A stretch of DNA of 63,393 nucleotides, filler included, from Octopus bimaculoides (taxonomy: Eukaryota), in NCBI RefSeq assembly GCF_001194135.2. It is 4 parts of 4 records of this genome, joined end to end, with 100 filler letters (N's around TTAATTAATTAA, not from the genome) between each part and the next. Parts side by side here need not be neighbours in the genome. Positions count along the whole stretch, not along the records: positions 1 to 23,196 come from NC_069008.1; positions 23,297 to 38,739 come from NC_068982.1; 2 more parts are not named here. One strand, given 5' to 3'. The position numbers were made by a program, and so were the translations under genes. The first letter of the stretch is position 1, and each line of letters begins with the position of its first letter. Shown piece after piece: positions 11,103 to 23,530 of the stretch. The notes beneath the pieces are model-generated. The model did not search any database. It was given only the letters and a program-made list of their open reading frames with translations, and was not told where the DNA came from.

Positions 11103-11413
11103 CTGTGGAAAAAACAACAAAGATAGGGGTCAGTTTGAGGTTGGGGCATGTGGGATAATTCAATGTAGGGATTAAAGTGATTCAAATTTAAAACTTCCAT
11201 CAATATTCCATGATGACTTACACTTCAAACGCCGGCTTAATAAAGGCAAAGTTTAGGGATTTGTTTTGCAAAATTCCTGATGTGAAGTTATGTCTTGCAA
11301 CAGATATTGTTCCATTTCAGGATGGTCGTATTTCTTTTTTTTATTTTTATTCCTTGCCAAATAAACACACACACTATATACTCAGTCTTCATTCATTTAT
11401 TACTGTTCATATA

Positions 11414-11905
11414 TGTCCATTGTCGGGAAATCTTTTGTCCATTGTCGGGAAATCTTTTGTCCATTGTCTGGAAATCTTTTGTCCATTGTCGGGAAATCTT
11501 TTGTCCATTGTCGGGAAATCTTTTGTCCATTGTCAGGAAATCTTTTGTCCATTGTCAGGAAATCTTTTGTCCATTGTCTGGAAATCTTTTGTCCATTGTC
11601 TGGAAATCTTTTGTCCATTGTCTTTCTTCTATTTTCTGGAATTTTTTTGTCCATTGTCTGGAAATCTTTTTTCTATTTTCTGGAAATCTTTTGTCCATTG
11701 TCTGGAATGGAAATTTTTTGTCCATTNNNNNNNNNNNNNNNNNNNNNNNNNNNNNNNNNNNNNNNNNNNNNNNNNNNNNNNNNNNNNNNNNNNNNNNNNN
11801 NNNNNNNNNNNNNNNNNNNNNNNNNNNNNNNNNNNNNNNNNNNNNNNNNNNNNNGGAAATCTTTTGTCCATTGTCTGGAAATCTTTTGTCCATTGTCTGG
11901 CAATC
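11414..11905. repeat. 22-bp minisatellite (gtccattgtcKggaaatctttt), spans an N gap
   Basis: Unit starts at 11415, 11437, 11459 and onward; the array resumes after the gap at 11855. Confidence 0.9.
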
Positions 11906-12497
11906 TTTCACAGAGGAAGTCACAGGTGTGTGTGTGACAAAAGATCTCCAGACAACAGACATTTAATAAGAAAAGAAATAAACACATGAAGAATGAATAT
12001 ATTGTGTGTGTTTACTTGGCAAAAAAAAAAAAAAGGAAAAAATGACCGTCTCAAAATACAACAATAAAGACAAAGTTATTTTACTAAATTCTTTAAAAAA
12101 AAAAAAAATTAATTGAAACAAAACCAGTGCATTTCAACAGAAATATGATAACGAAAGGGCTAAAGGGATCATACAAATAACAGATGGAATGGTCAAATAT
12201 GGAGCAGCTTTGGTTAGATCAAGGCTGACCTGGGGTTAAATAACAACAAGGACTGTACTACTGGACAATGTACTCCTTGGTACACTAATACCTGATTAAA
12301 AGACAGGATGGTCATGGCAGGAACACCTCTTCAATCATAGATAAGTGCTTGATCAAGCTTGATAACATAAAAGGCTAAACAACAATACCACCACCACCAC
12401 CAACAACAAGAACAATAACACGGGGAGAGGGGTGGGGCAAAGGTTGGATTATGGGAGGAGAGAAGGGGTGGGGGTGGGTTTTTCCAAACCAACTTAC

Positions 12498-12663
12498 CTC
12501 AAATAACATGTTTATGTCGACGGGCAAACACAGACCAACAAATTCTGCGTGAACGGAACCAAGCCTCGGTATTGTCTGAGCACTTTTCGACATAGTGCTA
12601 TAAGGACTGGAATGTTGAATCTCAAAGTCTTGCAGTGAGGACGAACTCATGTTACGCAGTATT
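12498..12663 (-). CDS. RICTOR: RICTOR exon (ILRNMSSSSLQDF...AEFVGLCLPVDINMLFE)
   Basis: GAG|gtaagt donor. GLCLPVDIN matches human GLALPVDINDIF (recalled). The acceptor ctacag at 12664-12666 is the only AG after a long AG-free zone, so the 5' boundary is less certain. Confidence 0.85.
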
Positions 12664-12830
12664 CTGTAGTCAGAGGTGGTGGTCATGTCGGCGAAGCGGG
12701 CACATGAAAGATTACAAGAAAATGAATAAATGCATTTAGAAATGTTATACTGAGATATAATTATAAACATGGAATTCTTTTAACCTGACGAGCAAGCTTA
12801 TTATCTTTATTAATTAAAAAATTGTATATA

Positions 12831-12940
12831 CGAGGTGGTATCAAAAGTTGACTAGAAAACACCTTATCTACCTAAGTTTTACCATCATCACCTTTGAAAT
12901 GGCCCCCTTGCGCAGCAATACATCAGTTCCAGTGTTCCTG
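12831..12940 (+). mobile_element. mariner-type left end
   Basis: TA|CGAGGTGGTATCAAAAGTT terminus; truncated by SINE A. Confidence 0.55.
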
Positions 12941-12944
12941 TTCA

Positions 12945-13092
12945 GTTTGCGTCTACCAAATCCACTCACAAGGCTTTGGTCGGCCCGAGGCTATAGTAGA
13001 AGACACTTGCCCAAGGTGCCACACAGTGGGACTGAACCCAGGACCATGTGGTTGGTAAGCAAGCTACTTACCACACAGCCACTCCTGCGCCT
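12945..13092 (-). mobile_element. SINE family A head
   Basis: aggcgcaggagtggctgtgtggtaagtagcttg on the minus strand. Confidence 0.85.
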
Positions 13093-13200
13093 ACCGCACT
13101 TTTCCTCCACAAATCCTCTATAAAAACTAATGTGAAAGTTTCACCTATCGCACTGTCCAATCGGCTGCGGGCACTTGAAGAGATTCCACTTTCCAAATAC

Positions 13201-13284
13201 CTTCTCTCGGTCTCTGTTTTACCTAGGACTGCAGCTCTGTTAAAGAAACTAGCCGGGGAAATACGCATCTGGTGAATGGCGACC
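13201..13284 (-). CDS. RICTOR: RICTOR exon, 5' end at an N gap (VAIHQMRISPASFFNRAAVLGKTETER)
   Basis: Only open frame. RISPASF resembles human RLTPSRF (recalled). AG|gtattt is the only phase-2 donor that joins in frame to the 12663 exon, but the frame stays open beyond it. Confidence 0.7.
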
Positions 13285-13939
13285 NNNNNNNNNNNNNNNN
13301 NNNNNNNNNNNNNNNNNNNNNNNNNNNNNNNNNNNNNNNNNNNNNNNNNNNNNNNNNNNNNNNNNNNNNNNNNNNNNNNNNNNNNNNNNNNNNNNNNNNN
13401 NNNNNNNNNNNNNNNNNNNNNNNNNNNNNNNNNNNNNNNNNNNNNNNNNNNNNNNNNNNNNNNNNNNNNNNNNNNNNNNNNNNNNNNNNNNNNNNNNNNN
13501 NNNNNNNNNNNNNNNNNNNNNNNNNNNNNNNNNNNNNNNNNNNNNNNNNNNNNNNNNNNNNNNNNNNNNNNNNNNNNNNNNNNNNNNNNNNNNNNNNNNN
13601 NNNNNNNNNNNNNNNNNNNNNNNNNNNNNNNNNNNNNNNNNNNNNNNNNNNNNNNNNNNNNNNNNNNNNNNNNNNNNNNNNNNNNNNNNNNNNNNNNNNN
13701 NNNNNNNNNNNNNNNNNNNNNNNNNNNNNNNNNNNNNNNNNNNNNNNNNNNNNNNNNNNNNNNNNNNNNNNNNNNNNNNNNNNNNNNNNNNNNNNNNNNN
13801 NNNNNNNNNNNNNNNNNNNNNNNNNNNNNNNNNNNNNNNNNNNNNNNNNNNNNNNNNNNNNNNNNNNNNNNNNNNNNNNNNNNNNNNNNNNNNNNNNNNN
13901 NNNNNNNNNNNNNNNNNNNNNNNNNNNNNNNNNNNNNNN

Positions 13940-14267
13940 AACAGCCTGCTCGTGAAATTAACATGCAAGTGGCTGAGCACTCCACAGACACGTGTACCCT
14001 TAACGTAGTTCTCGGGGATATTCAGCGTGACATAGTGTGACAAGGCTGACCCCTTTGAATTACAGGCACAACAGAAACAGGAAGTAAGAGTGAGAGAAAG
14101 TTGTGGTGAAAGAGTACAGCAGGGGTCGCCACCATCCCCTGCTGGAGCCTCATGGAGCTTTAGGTGTTTTCGCTCAATAAACACTCACAACGCCCGGTCT
14201 GGGAATCGACACCGCGATCCTACGACCGCGAGTCCGCTGCCCTAACCACTGGGCCATTGCACCTCCA
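13940..14267 (-). mobile_element. tRNA-derived SINE, family D (partial second copy at ~32380-32610)
   Basis: Head tggaggtgcaatggcccagtggttagggcagcggactcgcggtcgtaggatcgcggtgtcgattccc continues directly into a non-tRNA body. Confidence 0.8.
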
Positions 14268-14279
14268 CTATGAGGGATA

Positions 14280-15250
14280 AGCAAAAAGAAAAAGAAGAGC
14301 GAAAGAGAAAATGTGTGCATATAAAACAGAAATAAAGAAAAATAGATAAAGAAAAAGCAAAAGAAAACTATGTTAAAAAATAACAGAAATAAAGCTTGTG
14401 AAAAACAGAAATGCTGAAGGTAGGAAGAAGGGGGGAAAACAGAAATGGTGAGCACAGGAAGAAGAAAAAACAGAAATGCTGAGAATTGTGGAAACAGAAA
14501 TAGTATATTGCATGCAATAACACAAACAGAAATGCTGAGAATTGTGGAAACAGAAATAGTATATTGCATGCAATAACACAAACAGAAATAAGAAAAACAC
14601 AAGATAGACAAAACATACAAAAATAAAAACAAATACAGCAACAAAAATAGATATAGTGACAGAATACTTGTATTAAAAACAGAAATAAACACAACCAATG
14701 CAACAAAATTAAGCAACGAAATTCGAAAAAATTGAATGTGATAAAGCTGCTGTAATGAAAACAGCAAAACATGCATAACAAGACAAGAAACAGATATAAT
14801 AAAAATCATTAAAAAAAAACAGAAAATATAAACAAACATGCAATAAATAAATAAAAGCAGAAATAACAAAAGCAAATAGGAATAAAAGCCAGAGGCAAAA
14901 AGAAACTGAAATAAGTAAATATAGCGAGAAATAAACAGGATAAAGCAAATGAAAAACAGAAATAACAGGGGGAAAAAACTGAATTAGTAAGAGAAAACAG
15001 GAATGTCAAAAAACGAAATCGAAAGCAAATAAGGATGAAAGCCAGAGACAAAAAAACTGAAACAATAGAGCGAGAAATAAACAGGATAAAGCAAATGAAA
15101 AACAGAAATAACAGCCGGGGNNNNNNNNNNAATGGCAAAAAATGAAGTCAAAAGCAAATAAGAATGAAAGCCAGAGACAAAAAAACTGAAACAACTCAAT
15201 ACAGCAAATTATAGACAGGATAAAGCAGAGGGAAAAACAGAAATTCATTA
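14280..15250. repeat. A-rich composite minisatellite (~56-bp and ~120-bp units)
   Basis: Duplicated aaacagaaatgctgagaattgtggaaacagaaatagtatattgcatgcaataacac and three aaagcaaata..agccagag.caaaaa.aactgaaa units. Confidence 0.75.
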
Positions 15251-15339
15251 GATTGAAGCAGGCAAGTTAGGAGAGGTAGAAGCACTGATAGATTAAAAGT
15301 GAGTGGTATAGTATGGTATGGTATGGAGCAGCATGGTAT

Positions 15340-16420
15340 AGTGGTAGAATGGTATTGTCTGTAGGGTTAGGGATTCCGTGTAGGTGGAGGTGGAAGTAAG
15401 GACTGGCTGGGTGGATGAGTGAGTAGGGTGGATGGATGAATGGACAGTTGGATAGTGGCAGTGGTAAATGGTATGGTCATATGGTGGCAGTGGTATGGGT
15501 AGATGGAGGGACAGAAGAGTGGTAGAAATGGTGTAGCTGTATGGTGGTAGGGGTATGAACAGCTGGTCGTCATGGTGGTGGTGGTGGTGGTGGTATTGGT
15601 GGTGGTGGCGGTGTAGATGATGATAGTGGTATAGATAGATTGTGGTATGGCATAGACAGTGGTGATGGTATGGATAGACAGACAGTGTTAGTGGTGTGGA
15701 TGGATGGATGGTAGTAGTGGTATGAGCAGATAGCTATCATGGTATGGGTAGATGGTAATGGTGGTGGTGGTGATAGCAAAGATGGATGGTAGCAATGGCA
15801 TGAGTGGTAGTGGTATCAGATGGTCATAATGGTATGGGTGGATTGTAATGGTGGTATACAAAGATGGATGATGACAGTGGTATGGATAGATGGATGGATG
15901 GATGGATGGTGGTAATGGTATGCAGATGGTCATAGTGGTATGGGTGGATGGTGGTGGTGGTGATGGTGCAGAAAGTGATAGTGGTATGGATAGATGGTGG
16001 TTGTGGCATAGATGGATGGAGGCAGTGGTATGGATAGACAGACAACGGTAGTGGTGTGAATGGACGGATGGTGGTAGTAGTATGAGCAGATGGTCATCAT
16101 GGTATGGGTGAATGGTGGTGGTGTTGATGGTATAGATGAATGGTGGTGGTGATGGTGGTATAGATGGATGGTGGCAACGTTATAGGTAGACAGACATTGG
16201 TAGCAGTATGGGTGGGTGGATGGTGATAATGGTATGAGATGTTCATCGTGGTATGGGTAGATGGTAGTGGCGATATAGATGCTGATCATGGTATACATAA
16301 ATGGTAGTAGTGACATATATGGATGGTGGAAGTGATATAAGTAGATAGACAGTTGTATGGATGGAGGGATGGTGGTAATGGTATGCAGATGGTCATAATG
16401 GTATGAGTGGATGGTAGCAG
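15340..16420. repeat. Degenerate G/T-rich (ggtatggatagatggt) complex satellite
   Basis: Recurring gtggtatgg/atggatgg/gatggtcat modules with strong strand skew. Confidence 0.8.
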
Positions 16421-16767
16421 CATTCTTTGCCTGCCTCTTCATTTTCTACTATCTATTCTTCCTTCCATGATAACACTTTCCCATGTGGCATCGTGTAAAA
16501 GCACCCTGTGCTGTGCCACATGAAAGTGGCCATGCAGTGCCACATGAAAGCACCCATGTAAAAACGGTCGTGTGGTGCGACATTTAAACGCCCGTGTAGT
16601 GCCGCGTAAACGCATCCAGCACACCCTGTAAAGCGGTTGGCATTAGCAACGAGATCCTGCTGTAGAAACCATGCCAACTCAAACTGGAGTCTGGTGTAGC
16701 TCCCCCCGCCTCCCCCCAGTTTGCCGACTCTGGTCACACTTTCCAATCCATGCTAGCATGGACAACA

Positions 16768-17040
16768 GACGACGACGATTATGATGATGATGGTGATTAT
16801 AATGATGATGAAGATGATGATGATGGTTATGGTGATTATGATGATGATGATGACGATGATGATGGTGATGATGATGCTGATGATGATGATGATGATGATG
16901 ATGGTTATGGTGATTATGATGATGATGGCAATGATGCTGATGATGATGACGATGGTGATTATGATGATGATGATGATGATGCTGATGATGATGGTGATGA
17001 TAGTAATGGTGATTATGATGATGATGATGATGATGATGCT
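16768..17040. repeat. (GAT)n expansion at the tail of an RTE-tail element
   Basis: Follows catgctagcatggac, the family C 3' end. Confidence 0.9.
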
Positions 17041-17149
17041 TCGAATACGACCACAATGGATGAGCTTCTGAATTTTTTTCACAACGTCCAGGAGTTGGTG
17101 TCTTTCCTCCGCTCACCGCAACACCCGTTCGGTGGCTCAATGCTATTTC

Positions 17150-17770
17150 ATCGACTTCCAAAAGGACGAGAGACAAAGTCGACCTCGGCAGAATTTGAAC
17201 TCAGGACGTGAAGACGGACGAAATGCCGCTAAGCATTTCGTCCGGCGTGCTAACGATTCTGCCAAGCTCGCATAATTATTATCATAATTTGTACATTAAT
17301 CTAATCAGATAAATCCAGTAATCCTTTCTACTATAGGCACAAGGCCTGAAACTTGGTGGAAGGGGAGAGTCGATTACATCGGCCCCAGTAAACAACTGGT
17401 ACTTATTTTATCGACTCCGATCGGTTGAAAGGCAAAGTCACCCTCAGCGGAATTTAAACTCAGTGTGTGTAACGGATGAAATGCCGTTAATTATTTCTCC
17501 CGTCATGCTAACGAATCTGCAAGCACAGCTCCCCTAAACACAGGCATAATAACAATGATACTTTCCATCATAGGCACAAGGCCGGACATTTTGGGGTAGG
17601 GGTAAGTCAATTACATTGATCCCAGTATTCAGCTGGTACTTATTTTATCAAGCCCGAAAGTACGGAGGACAAAGTCGACCTCGGTGGCATTTGAACTCAG
17701 AATGTATATTCAGATGAAACACCGCTAAACACTTTGCCCGACGTGCTAACGATTCTGCCAGCTCACCACC
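17150..17770 (-). mobile_element. SINE family B, three tandem copies
   Basis: Three aaagtcgacctcggc...gaactcag...aacgattctgcca units. Confidence 0.85.
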
Positions 17771-17774
17771 TTAG

Positions 17775-17805
<31 letters not shown>

Positions 17806-19090
17806 AAACAACAATAATAATAATAATAATAATGGTGGTGGGGAAGAAACACAGACACACACACATATATATGATGAGCTTCTTCCAGTTTCCATCTACC
17901 AAATCTACTCACAAGGATCAGCCCAAGGCTACAGTAGGAGACATTATATGTTATGAGATACATCATACAGATATTGAATAGGAGTCCTTTGCACAAAACA
18001 TTCAGCCTATTCTGAGAATTTGTTCATTAGTGTCATGGTATTTTTCAATTTGGGCCAAGAGTGCATTGTCAACTTCAAATGATTCTAAAGAAGTGACCCT
18101 ATCTTCTGATCAGCCAGTCATTCTCTCTGCCCACTGTTCCTAGGAGAATTTGTGAGGATAGGGTCCTCAGGCACCTCTTCCATAAGATCTTACCAGAAGC
18201 AACTGTCATAGACTTTCTGGCTAGATTCCTAAGCATGATCAACTGACACTATGGGTATTATTACACCAGGCCAACCAAAGCATAAGCAATATTCCCATAG
18301 AGACGGTGCCTTTCTTGCCATCTGCTGCAGAGATGTGCTGAATGGTTCCTCATTGAAAATACCAAGGGGCCAAGGAAAATAGCACCCTATTTGGAAACAG
18401 ATCAAGGTTGAGCAACAGGAAGAGCATCTAACCATAGAAAAAGAAAAAAAAAACTGCCTCTATGTCTTTATATGTCTCATCTAACACATGCTGGCATGGA
18501 AAAAATGGATGTTAAAGCAGTGATGAAGACGACAAAGATGATGATGATGATGATGATGATGATAATGGTTCAAATGAAGGAGTTGGTTCAGCAATGAATC
18601 GGGAATCAGATGGGAATCGGGTGGCCGATGAGTTAGTCTTAGTGACCCCCTACTCGGTTGTCATAGAAACGAAATGATGGACAGTAGCGTCAGGGGGTGT
18701 GGGGGTGAGGAGGTAAGTAAGTAGATAAGNNNNNNNNNNNNNNNNNNNNNNNNNNNNNNNNNNNNNNNNNNNNNNNNNNNNNNNNNNNNNNNNNNNNNNN
18801 NNNNNNNNNNNNNNNNNNNNNNNNNNNNNNNNNNNNNNNNNNNNNNNNNNNNNNNNNNNNNNNNNNNNNNNNNNNNNNNNNNNNNNNNNNNNNNNNNNNN
18901 NNNNNNNNNNNNNNNNNNNNNNNNNNNNNNNNNNNNNNNNNNNNNNNNNNNNNNNNNNNNNNNNNNNNNNNNNNNNNNNNNNNNNNNNNNNNNNNNNNNN
19001 NNNNNNNNNNNNNNNNNNNNNNNNNNNNNNNNNNNNNNNNNNNNNNNNNNNNNNNNNNNNNNNNNNNNNNNNNNNNNNNNNNNNNNNNNN

Positions 19091-19135
<45 letters not shown>

Positions 19136-19254
19136 GGGGGAGAGAAAAAGGAAAGGGATGTCTTTGTTCCTTTTCTTTGTGCTCCTTCCTAATTCAGTCA
19201 TGGCCGAGCAAACAAGATCACAAAGGCATCCCAGTCATGACCACCCTGTCTTAA

Positions 19255-19471
19255 CCGTTTAGCATTCAAACCGGGCATATCCAGCCAAAATATTTAACCT
19301 GCTTTATGGTGAAACTGGCCAGATCCAGCCTCTCACCCCAATCCAACAATGTCAACCGAAAACAATCGCACGCCATTGAAATCTCAAAGCTGTGAGATAA
19401 TGCAGGATTGATTCAAAACTATGTGAATTAATAAGGATTATATTTAACAGAATAATCTGAACACTAAAGGA
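19255..19471 (+). mobile_element. piggyBac-type MITE with TTAA target duplication
   Basis: TTAA|ccgtttagcattca ... tgaacactaaagga|TTAA. Relatives at 34948-35161, 19930-20110, 26700-26900 and 4280-4400. Confidence 0.75.
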
Positions 19472-21489
19472 TTAACACACACACACACACACACACATAC
19501 ATAAACAAACACACACACATACATACACAAACACGCACATACATACACATATATACATACATACATGCAAAAATACACACACACACACCCATATTCTTTT
19601 ATTCTTTCACTTGTCTCAGTCGTCTGCCCATGCCGCTCTGACCGGCTTCTGTGCCGGTGGCACGAAAAAAGCACCATCCAATCGTAGTCGATGCCAGCTC
19701 CTCTGGCCCCCGTGCCGTGCCGGTTGCATGTAAAAAGCACCCACTACACTCTCGGAGTGGTTGGCGCTAGGAAAGGCATCCAGCTGTAGAAACACTGCCA
19801 GATCAGATTGGGGCCTGGTGCAGCCTGCTGGCTTCCCAGACTCCAGTCAAACCGTCCAACCCATGCCAGCATGGAAAACAGACGTTAAACGATGATGATG
19901 ATGATGATGATGATGTTTCCTTACTGGTTAATCCTTTAGCATTCAGATTCCTCTGTTAAATTTAATCCTTATTAATTTATACTGTTTTTAATTGATCATG
20001 CATTATCGCACAGCATTGAGACTTCAATGATGTGATTGCTTATATTCAGAAGGACATTGTATGGTAGGTGTGAGAGGCCGGATCTGGCTAGTTTGAACAT
20101 AAAACAGGTGTGGCATTTCGACCAAAATAAGACTAATTCAAATGACAAAGAGCTGATCACATTAAATTTCTTCTCAATATTTTGTTTTATTCCCAGAGAT
20201 GCATGTGCATGCATGGTTGCGCATGCACGTGCACGTGCATGCGTGCGTGATAAGTCAGAGACATGCAATTACCAGCATGCAGCAAGCAACTAATGCAGTA
20301 TGAACGGAAGCATAGGTACCATGTAACTCAATGTGGGCAGAGGAGGGGGGGCGTTGCTGTTGTTGAAGGAGAGAGGGNNNNNNNNNNNNNNNNNNNNNNN
20401 NNNNNNNNNNNNNNNNNNNNNNNNNNNNNNNNNNNNNNNNNNNNNNNNNNNNNNNNNNNNNNNNNNNNNNNNNNNNNNNNNNNNNNNNNNNNNNNNNNNN
20501 NNNNNNNNNNNNNNNNNNNNNNNNNNNNNNNNNNNNNNNNNNNNNNNNNNNNNNNNNNNNNNNNNNNNNNNNNNNNNNNNNNNNNNNNNNNNNNNNNNNN
20601 NNNNNNNNNNNNNNNNNNNNNNNNNNNNNNNNNNNNNNNNNNNNNNNNNNNNNNNNNNNNNNNNNNNNNNNNNNNNNNNNNNNNNNNNNNNNNNNNNNNN
20701 NNNNNNNNNNNNNNNNNNNNNNNNNNNNNNNNNNNNNNNNNNNNNNNNNNNNNNNNNNNNGATAAAACGCCACTTAGCATTTTTGCCTGGGAGCTAATGA
20801 TTCTACCAGCTCACCATCTTAATAATAATAATAATAAATCCCTTCTGCTATGGACACAAGGCCCGAAATTTTCGGGTGGTGGTGGTGGTGGGGGGGGGGT
20901 ACTAGTTGATTACATCATGCTCATGGCTCTACTGGTATTTATTTTAGGGATGCCAAACAGGATGAAAGGCAAAGTCCACCTTGGCAACATAATAACACCA
21001 GAAGAAATGCTGCTGAGCATTTTGTGTGGCTTAGTGGTTAGGAAGTTGGACTCAAATCACAAGACTGTGGTTTCAATTCCTGGACCGGGCAGCCCATTGT
21101 AGTCTTGAGCAAAACACTTCATTCCATGTTGGCCCAGTCCACTCGGCCAGCGAAAATCAGTAATTCTGCAATGGACCGGGAAGCCAGCCTTATGAACCTA
21201 TATGACTCAGGAAGGATGTAATAACACAAGGCATTTTGTCTGACATTCTGGGGCAGTAAAGCTCAAAGGAAGCTGAAAGTCACCTGAAACTTTGCCAAGA
21301 AAACAGAGGATGACAACAAAAGCAACAATAAATGCAACAACAATAACAAGAACAACTATAAAACGAATTTTTAAGAAATTTCAAATAACAACAAAAGGGA
21401 AATGAAGCAGACACATGCACACAGGTGCATACACACACTGCACCAGACACACACACCTTTGCATAAACACATACACAAGCAAACACATA

Positions 21490-21703
21490 CTCTTTTACTC
21501 GTTTACTTCTTTCAGTCTTTTGACTGTGGCCATGCTGGAGCACCGCCTTTAGTCGAGCAAATCACCCCTAGGACTTATTCTTTGTAAGCCTAGTACTTAT
21601 TCTATCGGTCTCTTTTTGCCGAACTGCTAAGTTACGGGGACGTAAACACACCAGCATCGGTTGTCAAGCGATGTTGGGGGGACAAACACAGACACACAAA
21701 CAC

Positions 21704-21795
<92 letters not shown>

Positions 21796-22062
21796 CAAAA
21801 ACACACAAAAAACAATAACAAAAAAAGCAACAAAGTGAGGACGTGATATAGATAGTGTTATTGGACGCTCAGGAAAGATACATATATATATATATATACG
21901 ATGGGCTTCTTTCAGTTTCCGTCTACCAAATCCACTCACAAGGCTTTGGTCGGCCCAAGGCTATAGTAGAAGACACTTGCCCAAGATGCCACGCAGTGGG
22001 ACTGAACCCGGGACCATGTGGTTGGTAAGCAAGCTACTTACCACACAGCCACTCCTGCGCCT
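21490..22062 (-). mobile_element. SINE family A, full length with expanded internal (TA)n
   Basis: Head, body and tail all present. Confidence 0.9.
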
Positions 22063-22064
22063 GT

Positions 22065-22640
22065 TCACACGCACACACATTTATATGTAAACATACATGT
22101 TTACACACACACACACATGCAGGCATGCAGACACACATTCATATGCAAACATGCATGTGCACAGAAAGTCGCACATGCTTGCATACAGACATTCACAAGT
22201 AAACACATGCACACACACACACAAATACGCATGCAAATGTTTGCATGAACCCGGCACATGCACACACCAAGCCACATGAAGCCACGCATAAATACATACA
22301 TGTGCAGTAACACATACAACACACACATGGATGCAGACACGTATTCACAGACACCCACATATACATCCTACACCACATGTGCACACACACACACACACAC
22401 AAGGACGCATATGTAAATACACACATACATGTACACAGACGCACATAAATGCATAACACATGCATACTGACATGCAACACACGCAAACATGCACAATTCT
22501 TATATACATGCAGAAACGCATTGCACATACACACACACACGCAATAGCTAATAAATATACACATGCACGCAAACATTCATGCATACGTAAACATGCATGC
22601 ATGTATGAATGCAAGCACACATACATCCATACACATGTAC
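22065..22640. repeat. Long alternating purine-pyrimidine (CA/TGCA/CG) tract
   Basis: cacatgc/acac/gcatgc mosaic. Confidence 0.85.
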
Positions 22641-22790
22641 ATTATTTACATTATTTACATTTGACGGATATTTGTCCTCATCTTGTTTGTTTTTAACACA
22701 GCATTTTGGCTGATATACCCTCCAGCCTTCATCAGGTGTCTTTGGGAAATTTAGAACCTGGGTTCTCATTCCTGAGGTATTTTTTTTTAC
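22641..22790 (-). mobile_element. Penelope-like remnant with a mutated hammerhead at 22695-22740
   Basis: GACAC CUGAUGA A GGCUG..CAGCC AAAA UG CU GUGUU; the GAAA has become AAAA. Confidence 0.55.
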
Positions 22791-22898
22791 TGGTCCATAC
22801 AGTATATGCAAACACATAGACGCACACATACACGTATGCATCACACACACATCCACATATATATATATATAAGTACACTCACTCATACATACACACAA

Positions 22899-22930
<32 letters not shown>

Positions 22931-22979
22931 CAAGATATTTTTGAAGGTGTGAGGCGGGGGAAAGAAACAAGGTACTTAC

Positions 22980-23196
22980 GATTCGTGGAAACTCATGGCC
23001 TCTGCGCTCTTCTGCGATCCAATACTGCAGGTGCGGCTAAAAGCATCGTCCTCTCCATATAGGTTGTTGAGGCCATAATCAGAGTCGACGTCCGAGCTGG
23101 ACGTCCGCTGGCGTCGGATGAGCCGCAGTGTGGCGAGGCCAGCTGCGTCTCGGGTGCTTGTGTAGGAGACTGGGTTGTCGACGTGTTCGAGGCCCT
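22980..23196 (-). CDS. RICTOR: RICTOR exon truncated by a scaffold spacer (GLEHVDNPVSYTSTRDAAGLATLRLIRRQR...AMSFHE)
   Basis: TC|gtaagt donor (phase 2), GC-rich open frame. YTSTRDAAGLATLR matches human YTSSRDAFGYATLK (recalled). Confidence 0.92.
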
Positions 23197-23296
23197 NNNN
23201 NNNNNNNNNNNNNNNNNNNNNNNNNNNNNNNNNNNNNNNNTTAATTAATTAANNNNNNNNNNNNNNNNNNNNNNNNNNNNNNNNNNNNNNNNNNNN
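23197..23296. other. Artificial 100-bp assembly spacer N44-TTAATTAATTAA-N44
   Basis: Identical construct occurs three times and has stop codons in all six frames. Confidence 0.95.
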
Positions 23297-23530
23297 CGGG
23301 TGGCACATAAAAGACACCATTTCGAGCGTGGCCGTTTTCGTGCGGGTGACACGTAAAAGCACCCACTACACTCTCTGAGTGGTTGGCGTTAGGAAGGGCA
23401 TCCAGCTGTAGAAACTCTGCCAAATCAGACTGGAGCCTGGTGTTGCCATCCGGTTTCACCAGTCCTCAGTCAAATCGTCCAACCCATGCTAGCATGGAAA
23501 GCGGACGTTAAACGATGATGATGATGATGT
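23297..23530 (+). mobile_element. RTE LINE 3' UTR / family C repeat ending in (GAT)n
   Basis: aggaagggcatccagctgtagaaactctgcc...catgctagcatggaaagcggacgttaaacgatgatg; same sequence as the UTR at 61190-61735. Confidence 0.8.

Noticed and set aside
11210-11989. 259-aa and overlapping ORFs with repeated peptides
   Set aside because: Product of the 22-bp minisatellite; not CRISPR because there are no unique spacers or cas genes and the DNA is eukaryotic.
14190-14267. tRNA-like sequences (also ~4995-5070, 13030-13092, 21025-21085)
   Set aside because: SINE heads: they run into repeat bodies and lack a proper acceptor stem and oligo-T terminator.
18050-18430. Possible exon-like unique sequence
   Set aside because: Stops in all frames; looks like an old LINE remnant but is too decayed to assign.
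23241-23252. TTAATTAATTAA as a piggyBac target or regulatory palindrome
   Set aside because: Embedded in exact N44 pads three times; it is a synthetic linker.
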